In this document: one piece after another, positions 48,861-58,100 of the stretch
How positions within the stretch are numbered: the stretch's first letter is position 1
Layout: every line of letters starts with the position of its first letter
Assembly: GCA_903874965.1 (NCBI GenBank)
Contig: CAIQUD010000122.1
Location: forward strand, 31,780-95,779
Source of the DNA: an uncultured Actinomycetes bacterium
Lineage (GTDB): Bacteria > Actinomycetota > Acidimicrobiia > Acidimicrobiales > RAAP-2
Direction of reading: 5' to 3'
DNA length: 64,000 nt
Program-made: the position numbers and the translations under genes
Notes under the pieces: model-generated
The model's database searches: none
What the model was told of the DNA's origin: nothing
What the model saw: only the letters and a program-made list of their open reading frames with translations

Positions 48861-49808
48861 CTACTTCTCGGAATCGAGCGGCGGCGCGGTCGGAAAGACG
48901 ACCCTTGGTGTTGGCCGCCATGGTGACGCGGACGAGTCATCGAGGGTTCCGGCGTCGATCGCTGCATCAATGACGGCAGTCTGTTGCCGTTCATCCTTCA
49001 ACCACACGAGCGCACAGGGAATGAGCGCGGTCATCATGATGAGATCGCCAACAATCCACATAATGGCGCCACCTTGGTGAATATCTGAGAGCACCGAGGG
49101 ACCCCAGTTCCGCATTCCTGTGGCGAAGCCCGAGTAGGGACCGACATGGTTGGTTGAAACAAGGGCGAGACCCGTAATGGTGTCGACGGGCACGGCGAGG
49201 AACAGATACACCATTCGAAGTCCTGGAGCCAAGGGATGCCGGGTGTGCTCAACGCCGACGACAGGACGCCAGAAGAGATAGCCAATGACGATGAACGAAA
49301 TCGACTCGAGCGAATGGGTGAAGCCCGATGTCATCGCGAGCGAGAACAAATTGGTCAGGTGGAATGCCGGAATCGAAAGCGCGTAGAGAACGAAGCCACA
49401 CAGTGGATGACCGAGGACTCCTGCGGCGCTTGAGCGAAGGAGTTTTCGAAGTGAATGACCGAAGCCACCCGTTGACGCGGCCACGATCAAGTCAAGTGGT
49501 GCGCTCGCAGCCAGAAATGCGGCTCCAACCATGACCAGCAAGAGGTGCTGCACCATGTGGGCAGAGAACAAGGTCATGTCGTAGATGCCAACGACGGAAC
49601 AAAACGCGAGGAGAAAGCTGATTGCGGCACCGAGGGCAAAGACGATTCTGAGCTTTGGCCACGGATGTTCCGACAAGCCATTCACTCGATGAACCAGCAG
49701 GACGTATCCATTGATCGCGAGAAGGATGACAAGTGCTGACCAGGTGAACTGCCACTGAAAGAGGTTGTCCCACTGAAGTGGGCCGAGCGGGGCTTCACCC
49801 ATTCCCAT
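48861..49808 (-). CDS. ctaG: cytochrome c oxidase assembly protein (Caa3_CtaG family), polytopic membrane protein
   Basis: SAHMVQHLLLVMVGAAFL...HSLESISFIVIGYLFWRPVVG pattern and about 7 TM segments. Confidence 0.7.
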   Translation of the reverse strand: MGMGEAPLGPLQWDNLFQWQFTWSALVILLAINGYVLLVHRVNGLSEHPWPKLRIVFALGAAISFLLAFCSVVGIYDMTLFSAHMVQHLLLVMVGAAFLAASAPLDLIVAASTGGFGHSLRKLLRSSAAGVLGHPLCGFVLYALSIPAFHLTNLFSLAMTSGFTHSLESISFIVIGYLFWRPVVGVEHTRHPLAPGLRMVYLFLAVPVDTITGLALVSTNHVGPYSGFATGMRNWGPSVLSDIHQGGAIMWIVGDLIMMTALIPCALVWLKDERQQTAVIDAAIDAGTLDDSSASPWRPTPRVVFPTAPPLDSEK

Positions 49809-49810
49809 GA

Positions 49811-50599
49811 TCAGGCCCCGGTTGAATCATGGAGTTTTGCCCCATGACGTCCGGCACCGGCAACGAATCGTGCTGCACCCTCCAACGTTTCTCCGCTCAG
49901 AATCGTCTCGAAACCCAATTCGTATTCCCGAGAAAGGGCCGCAGTCCCTCCAAGGCTCCATTGATCGAGTGTCGATCTCCGATCGCTTCGCAAGCATCGT
50001 TGTGGCAAGACAGACAATTGCTCTGCCATTCCGAGTGCAGCATCGAGCGCAGTGCCACGGGCCACCAACCGATTGGCTAAGCCAATCTCGAAGGCTTCGC
50101 TGGCGGTGACGTCTCGTCCGGTCAAGATCATGTCCAAGGCTCTGCTTTGGCCGATCAACCTCGGGAGCCGAACGGTGCCACCGTCAATGAGCGGAACTCC
50201 CCATCGTCGACAGGCCACGCCAAACACCGAACCTTCACCGGCAAGACGAAGATCACACCACAGGGCAAGCTCGAGGCCACCAGCAACGGCAAAGCCCTCG
50301 ATCGCGGCAAGCACTGGTTTTGAGAGCTCCAATCGAGTCGGCCCCATTGGCCCAGGAGCGCTCGAAACGGGAAGGACGCGATTTCCTCTTCCGTCAGCGA
50401 CTCCCTTGAGATCAGCACCTGCACAGAAGGTCCCTGAAGCTCCCGTCAAAATCGCGACACGTTGGTTTGGATCTGCGTCAAAGGCGAGAAAGGCTGCCTC
50501 CAAGGCATCAGCAGTTGGTCGATCTACCGCATTTCGAACCTCAGGTCGATTGATCGTGACAATGGTGGTGGTCCCTTTGATCTCGATCTCAACGGTCAT
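49811..50599 (-). CDS. enoyl-CoA hydratase/isomerase (crotonase) family protein
   Basis: LTGASGTFCAGADLK...AAIEGFAVAGGLELALWCD. Confidence 0.85.
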   Translation of the reverse strand: MTVEIEIKGTTTIVTINRPEVRNAVDRPTADALEAAFLAFDADPNQRVAILTGASGTFCAGADLKGVADGRGNRVLPVSSAPGPMGPTRLELSKPVLAAIEGFAVAGGLELALWCDLRLAGEGSVFGVACRRWGVPLIDGGTVRLPRLIGQSRALDMILTGRDVTASEAFEIGLANRLVARGTALDAALGMAEQLSVLPQRCLRSDRRSTLDQWSLGGTAALSREYELGFETILSGETLEGAARFVAGAGRHGAKLHDSTGA

Positions 50600-51044
50600 G
50601 GGGTAACTCCATCACAATTCGGTGGTGTGGGAGACCGGTCGATGGCGACGCATGGGCTGAATCTGGAACTCGAGTGAAGCCAATCGCGTCGTAGAACCCG
50701 AGGGCCGTGTCACGCCCATTGGCCCAAAGCAGCGTCACACCTCGATCAACGAGAATTCGCAGGAGTTCCTCAATGAGCACTCTTCCAAGACCCTGGCCCT
50801 GAAAGGCCTCGTCAATCGCCATAAAGCGAAATTGCCAAGGATTTTGGTGGTCAAGGTCCGGGCTCGGACAGGGAAACGCTGAAACTGCCCCAATGACGTC
50901 TTGACCGTTCCTGAGACCAAGATGGAAGCACCCAGGAATCGCATCTTCAGCAACAATCACCGGAGCAGCAGGATCGTCCGCCCGGAGCACGCGACGCCGA
51001 AGGTCAGTGATCTCGTCCAATTGCACCATCTCTGGAGCGTTCAT
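50589..51044 (-). CDS. GNAT acetyltransferase
   Basis: FMAIDEAFQGQGLGRVLIEEL...GRDTALGFYDAIGF. ATG 51044 is preferred, because the longer ORF overlaps the upstream gene. Confidence 0.7.
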   Translation of the reverse strand: MNAPEMVQLDEITDLRRRVLRADDPAAPVIVAEDAIPGCFHLGLRNGQDVIGAVSAFPCPSPDLDHQNPWQFRFMAIDEAFQGQGLGRVLIEELLRILVDRGVTLLWANGRDTALGFYDAIGFTRVPDSAHASPSTGLPHHRIVMELPHDR

Positions 51045-51087
51045 GGGATAAATCCTAGGCAGTCGGCCAACGAGCCCCCCATTGCCC

Positions 51088-51939
51088 TCAAACGGCCGAA
51101 GCGGCTCGTTCCATAGCAGGAAGGTCAAGTCGGCCCATCTCCATCATGGCGGCGAGTGCCTTTGCAGATCGCTCAGGGTCTGGGTCTCCGAGAAGTCGGC
51201 CAAGCCCGTCCGGGACAACTTGCCAGGACAGCCCAAAGCGGTCCTTGAGCCAACCACATCGACCGGGTTCGCCACCATCTTCGTTGAGGGCTTCCCAGAG
51301 CTGATCTACCTGTTCTTGCGTTGCGCAGTGCAAGGACATTGAAATTGCTTCGGTGAACGGAAACATGGGGCCACCATTGAAGAGTTGGAGCCTTTGGCCC
51401 GCAATGATGATGGTCGCCGACTGGGGATCATCCGGAGAACCATTCACCTCAATAACCTGTGCACTCGGAAAAATTGAGGAATAGAAGGTTAGCGCTTCGC
51501 CGATGCGACCATTCATCCAAAGAAACGGGGTAAGGCGGGGTTCTGGTTGAAGAAGTGCTCCATTGTCGTCAAAGACATTTGCCCCCTCAAGCGAACGGTC
51601 ACCAGTCGGCGCCGGGACCACGCAAAAGGCCACACCCGAAGGATCCTCGAGTACCACCCAGTGCCCGTGCCGGACCCGTTCGACCGCCCCTAGGGCCACA
51701 AGTCGAGAAACTTCGGCCTCAAGATCGTCGGTGTGCACGTCGAGATGAACGCCTGGTTGGCCCTCGATGCTTTGGACGAGTAGCTGAAAACCTGAGCCTT
51801 CACCAAACACGCTGAACTCTTCATGGTCATGGCCAAGCCGAGAGGAGGTTCCTGTTAAGCCTTCATAGAAGGACACGACGTCCTGGCGTTGTGAATGGGG
51901 AATATCAATGACGGCGACCGCCAGGCGAGAACGATGCAT
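51088..51939 (-). CDS. two-domain VOC protein (glyoxalase-like N-domain fused to a PhnB/3-demethylubiquinone-methyltransferase-like domain)
   Basis: N-domain: HLDVHTDDLEAEVSRLVALGA...VVLEDPSG. C-domain: LTPFLWMNGRIGEALTFYSSIF...CGWLKDRFGLSWQV. Confidence 0.65.
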   Translation of the reverse strand: MHRSRLAVAVIDIPHSQRQDVVSFYEGLTGTSSRLGHDHEEFSVFGEGSGFQLLVQSIEGQPGVHLDVHTDDLEAEVSRLVALGAVERVRHGHWVVLEDPSGVAFCVVPAPTGDRSLEGANVFDDNGALLQPEPRLTPFLWMNGRIGEALTFYSSIFPSAQVIEVNGSPDDPQSATIIIAGQRLQLFNGGPMFPFTEAISMSLHCATQEQVDQLWEALNEDGGEPGRCGWLKDRFGLSWQVVPDGLGRLLGDPDPERSAKALAAMMEMGRLDLPAMERAASAV

Positions 51940-52167
51940 GTAAGGAAGTTTCGCAGAAGTCGTGAAGGGGAGCGCTGCTACCTCATTGCAACCAAGCTTC
52001 CTTTCGAGATACCTCAGGGAACTGGTGCCGTGATCATTCGCTAATACTGACCAGTACCTCGATCGTTTCCTTACTCAAGAGTAATCTTCGCCTAGGAATT
52101 TCAGAAGTCTTGGGGTAAACTCTTGGGAAGTGCATAAGCACTGCGTAGCCATGGAGTCACACCTGTT

Positions 52168-55100
52168 ATGAAGACCCTCCGCGCACTGATCCTCGCCGTC
52201 GTCAGTTCAACACTTTCACTGACCGCCGTCGTGGTGCCAATGAGTGGGAGCACCGCGTCCGCAGCGACCCGCGTTGCCCACGTTGGCACGGTTCCTGGCG
52301 CCCCAACGGGAGCATTGGCCACCGCGGGAAACGGACAGGCAACCGTGACGTGGAGAGCTCCACGCAACGCGGGTTCTTCCCCAATTACGTCCTATACCGT
52401 CACCTCGGATACGTATTTGAGTGCCTATCCAGTCCGAACCTGCACTACTCCTGATGGAAGAACGCTTTCCTGCATTGTCACTGGTCTCACGAATGGTGTT
52501 CTTTACGCATTTACGGTGACCGCCACCAATAGCGCGGGAACTTCAGTAGCGTCTGTCTATACCAACACGGTTACGCCAACCGCGCCGCCGACTCCACCAA
52601 CCGCAGTAACTGCTCGTGCGGGGAGTTCTTCGGCGGCAGTTTCTTGGACTGCGCCAACGTCAAATGGTGGAGCGGCAATTTCGAGCTATACCGCCTCTGC
52701 ATTTAACGCAAATGGAACGGTTGCTTCGACCTGTCGGACGACCTCAGGGACCAACACCGCCGCGGCAACCAATTGCACGATTGCCGGTCTCACCAATGGC
52801 TTGACCTACACCGTGTCGGTTGTTGCGTCGAATGGAACGTCGACCTCAACGCCGTCGACGCCCGCCGTTTCCGTGACCCCAGTGGGTCCACCACCTGCGC
52901 CTGGTACGCCAGTTGCGGTTCCAGGAAACACCCAAGCGACCGTTACTTGGACTGCACCGATTTCCAATGGTGGTTCGGCCATTAGTGGCTACACCGTGAC
53001 CTCGACGACCACGGCGAACTCCTGCACCGCAACGGTTACCTTGAGTTGCACCGTCACCGGGCTCACCAATGGTCGAACCTATGCGTTCCGAGTCGTTGCC
53101 CGCAATGCGAGCGGTGCCGGAACCCAGTCGGCTGCTTCAAACTCGGTTATTCCTGGTGTCATCCCAGGGGCTCCAACAACCGTTGTTGCAACTGCTGGTA
53201 ACGCCTCGGCCACCGTCACCTGGAAGGCACCTACTTCCAACGGCGGCTCACCAATTCTTCGTTACGTCGTCACGTCGACCCCAGGTTCGGTGACCTGCAC
53301 GACAGCAAATGGCACCACCCTTTCTTGCGTTGTTTCGGGCCTCACCAATGGCACGGCCTACACCTTCAAGGTGGTGGCAGTGAATGGCATTGGCTCAGGT
53401 CCAGCGTCAACGGCGAGCAACTCGGTCACTCCGAGTCTTCCGCCGAACGTTCCGACCAACGTGATTGCGGTTGCAGGTAATGCCCAAGCAACAGTGTCGT
53501 GGACTCCAGCAGCAACGATCACCACTCCGATTGTTTCGTATACGGCATCGGCGATTCCAGCCGGACGTCGGACTACCTGCACGACACCAAACAGCAGTAC
53601 CCACACCTGCACGATTACCGGCCTGACGAATGGAAGGAGCTACACGTTCACCGTTGTGGCGAACTTCGCAAGGGGAAGCAGTGCGGCATCCACACCGTCA
53701 AACGCCGTCACGCCTGCAACGTTGCCAGGGGCGCCGACAGGTCTCACGGTTACCGCTGGAAACACGTCCATCATCGCGTCATGGGTAGCCCCTAGATCCA
53801 ATGGTGGTTCGCCGATCACGTCCTATGTTGCAACGGCATTTGACCTCAATGGCAATGCCATTTCCACCTGCACGACGGCAACATTGACCTGCACGATTCC
53901 CGGACTCACCACCGGCACGCCCTATCGAGTTTCAGTAAAGGCCGCTAACAGCGTTGGATTCGGACCTTCGACCCCCCTGTCGGCATCGGTGACACCTTCG
54001 ACACTTCCAAGTGCTCCAGTTACCGTGACTGCAGTCGCTGGCAATGGTGCGGCGACCGTCAGTTGGCTAGCCCCGCTCTCTTCGGGTGGCACGCCAGTCA
54101 CGTCGTATCTCGTGACCGCCTATGCCGGTGCAACGGCCTCCTACACGTGTGCAACAAATGGCGCGCTTTCCTGCGTCGTCAATGGCCTCACCAATGGCAC
54201 GGCCTACACCTTCAAGGTGGTTGCCACGAATACGAATGGTTCTGGACCGGCTTCGGTGGCTTCACGGGCAGTGACGCCAGTCGGAATCGTTGGTGCACCA
54301 ACTGTTCCGCTCTCGGTGACAGGAGTCCCCGGAACCTCACTCGTGACGGTGAGCTGGTTGGCTCCAGCTTCCAACGGTGGAAAGACCATCACTGGCTACA
54401 CCGTGACTGGTTACGGTCCAAGTGGAGCAGTTGCCGGGTCTTGCACGACGGCCGGTGCGCTTTCCTGCACCGTCTTTGGCCTAACCAACGGAGCTGGCTA
54501 CACCTTCTCGGTGTATGCAAGCAACGCAAATGGTCGTGGTCCTTCTTCGCCGTCAACCTCGGTGGTTATCCCCGTGACCTTGCCAGGTTCGCCAACCTCC
54601 ATTTCAACAGTGCCCGGAAATTCGCAAGTGACGGTTTCCTGGGTGGCGCCCTCGTTTAATGGCGGTACGCCGATTCTTTCCTATGTCGTCACCGCATTTG
54701 ATCCAGGCAGCAATGTTGCTGGATCGTGCTCGACGCCAAATGGCTCGACAACTTCTTGCACGGTTACCGGCCTCACCAACGGAATCGCTTACACCTTCGC
54801 AGTTTCAGCGACGAATGCCGTTGGTGTTGGAACCGCGTCGGTTTCTGCACCAGCGACGCCATCAACGATCCCAAGTTCTCCAACTGGTGTGGTTGCAACG
54901 GCTGGTAACGGTGCGGCAACGGTCCACTGGACCGCTGGTGCCAACGGTGGTTCACCAATAACCGGGTACACCGTCACTGCTTTTGACAATGTTCACGTCA
55001 CCGCAGGCACCTGCTCAACGGTCGGGGCGACGTCCTGCACCATCACTGGTCTCACCAATGGAATTGCCTACACGTTCTCCGTGACGGCAACGAACGCGAA

Positions 55101-58100
55101 CGGTTCTAGCAACCCCTCTGCTGAGTCATCTGCAGTGACACCAACGGCACCCGTCGGAACGCCGAGCGTGCCTCAGTCAGTGAGCGCTGTTGCTGATGAT
55201 GCAAGCGCAACCATTTCATGGTCCGCACCTTCGTCGACCGGTGGTTCTGCCATTACTGGTTACACCGTCACGGCCTATGACCAAGATGGCGTTGTCGCCG
55301 GCACGTGTTCGGTGGATGGCTCAACCCTTACCTGTTCGATCACTGGCCTGACCAATGGCGTTGGCTACACGTTCTCCGTTGTTGCGAGCAATGTTGCGGG
55401 ATCTGGTCCGGCATCAGCGCTGACATCCGTGGTTGTCCCAACCGGCAATCCAGCAGCTCCATCGGGTGTCATTGCAACTCCCGGTGCTGGCCAGGTTGCA
55501 ATCTCATGGACCGCACCAACCTTTGATGGTGGCTCACCTATCACGAGTTACACCGTGACGGCATCACCTGGAGGTCTGACTTGCACAACGCCTGATGGGT
55601 CGACACTTACCTGCACGATCACTGGTCTGACCAATGGTGTCGGCTACACGTTTACGGTTGTCGCTACCAATACCAATGGAGACAGTCCAGCTTCATCTCC
55701 ATCGTCGACCGTTACTCCCTCGGCAGTTCCGAGCCCACCGCTCAACGTAACGGCGACGACCAGCAACGGTGGAGCAACGATTAGTTGGGATGCTCCTGAC
55801 TCTTCCGGTGGTTCGCCGATAACTGGCTACACCGTCACTTCATCACCTGGTGGTTTGACGTGTGTGACCAATGGAGAGCTCACCTGCAACATCGGTGGAT
55901 TGACCAATGGTGTGTCGTATACCTTCACCGTGACGGCGACCAATGGTGATGGGGCAAGTGATCCATCGAGCCCTTCAAATGCTGTCATTCCTTCAACCTT
56001 GCCAACGGCACCGCTGAACCCGACGGCGCTTGCGTCAAATGGCCAGGCGACGATCACGTGGACCGCACCTGCTTCTGACGCTGGTTCACCCATTACCAGT
56101 TACACCGTGACCTCGTCACCTGGTGGTCTTACTTGCACCACGCCTGATGGATCAACGCTTACTTGCACGGTGACTGGTCTCACCAATGGCACGGCGTACA
56201 CCTTCACCGTCGTGGCGACCAATGGAAACGGGAACGGCGACACGTCAGTCGCCACCGCTCCGGTGACTCCGTCTTCGATTCCTGGAGCGCCCCTCTCGGT
56301 CTCGGGCAAGGGCGGCAACGGACAAGCGGTCGTTACGTGGAGTCCTCCGGCAAGCGATGGTGGATCGCCAATCACTGGTTACACCGTCACGGCGTTTGAT
56401 CCGAATGGTCACGCCGCCGGCGGCTGTACCACTGACGGCTCGACCACCTCTTGTTCGATTTTCAATTTGACCAATGGCGTTGGCTACACCTTCTCGGTAA
56501 CGGCGACGAATGCCAATGGAACTGGTCTCGCCTCTGCGCCGAGCTCGCCACCAACGGTGCCAACCGACGTGTCGAGTAAGCCACTGTCGGTCACTGGAAC
56601 TCCTGGGAATGGTCAAGTGACCGTTTCGTGGCTTGCTCCTGGTTCAACTGGTGGAACGCCAATCACGGGGTACACCGTTACCGCGTCGACTGGTGGAACC
56701 CCAATCGCAACGTGCACGACGACCGGCGCACTTTCCTGTGTCGTTACTGGCCTCACCAATGGCGTTGCCTATACCTTCACGGTTGTTGCGACGAATAGCA
56801 ATGGACCAAGTCCAGCCTCAGATCCAAGTACACCGGTTGTCCCATCGACGACGCCCGATGCACCAACGATCTCCACTGCGACTGCAGGTAATGGTCAGAT
56901 CACTGTTGCGTGGACCGCTCCTGGGTTCTCCGGAGGTTCTCCGATCACTGGCTATAGCGCGACTGCCTACGACTCTGGGCTGAATGTGATCTCCACGTGC
57001 ACGACGTCAGGCGCTCTCACGTGCACCATTACTGGTCTCACCAATGGCACGGCGTACACGGTGTCGGTTCAAGCCATCAACGTCAATGGAACCGGAACGG
57101 CTTCGACGACACTGTCGGCCACCCCATCAACCAAGCCAACAGCTCCGGTCAATGTCACGGCGATCCCAAGTAATGGCTCCGCCATTGTGAGTTGGACCGT
57201 TCCGTCGAGTGACGGCGGTTCGCCAATTCTTAGCTACACCGTGACGGCGTACTCTGGCGTGAACGCCTTGACGACCTGCACCACTCCTGATGGGACAACG
57301 CTCACGTGCACGGTGACGGGCTTGTCCAATGGCACGGCGTACACGTTCAAGGTTGTTGCAACCAATGCGAACGGAGCGAGCCCAGCATCCTTGGCCTCGT
57401 CACCTCCAACGACGCCTACCGGCAACCCAGGAGCTCCAACGGCGGTCCAGTCGATTGCAGGGAATGGTCAGCTCACGGCTTCGTGGACTGCTCCGGTCGC
57501 AACTGGTGGCTCACCGATCACGCTTTACACAGCAACGGCCTACAACGGAAACACGGCATCAGCCAACTGCCAGACCTCTGACGGTTCGACGCTCACCTGC
57601 ACCATTACTGGTTTGACGAACGGCACGGCCTACACGGTGAAGGTCACCGCTACCAACATCAATGGGACAAGCCCCGCGTCGATCGCGGCAACAGCAGTTA
57701 CGCCTTCCACGAAGCCAAATGCTCCAACGAACGTCACCGCAGTTGCCGGTAGTGCTCAAGCCACCGTTTCGTGGTCGGCACCTTCGTTCAATGGTGGATC
57801 ACCAATCACGGGCTACACCGTGACCTCAGATCCAGACTTCAGAACGTGTACAACGAATGGTGCGACGTCATGCACTGTCACGGGACTCAGCAATGGCACG
57901 GCGTACACGTTCACGGTGATTGCGACGAATGTGAATGGCGACAGTCCTTCGTCACTGGCCTCTCAGCAACCGGCAACTCCTTCGTCTGCGTCGACCGCAC
58001 CGTCAAGCGTCACCGCCACAGCTGGGAATGCTTCGGCGCTCGTGTCGTGGCACATTCCTTCGGCAAATGGTGGCCAGAGGATCACGTCGTACACCGTGAC

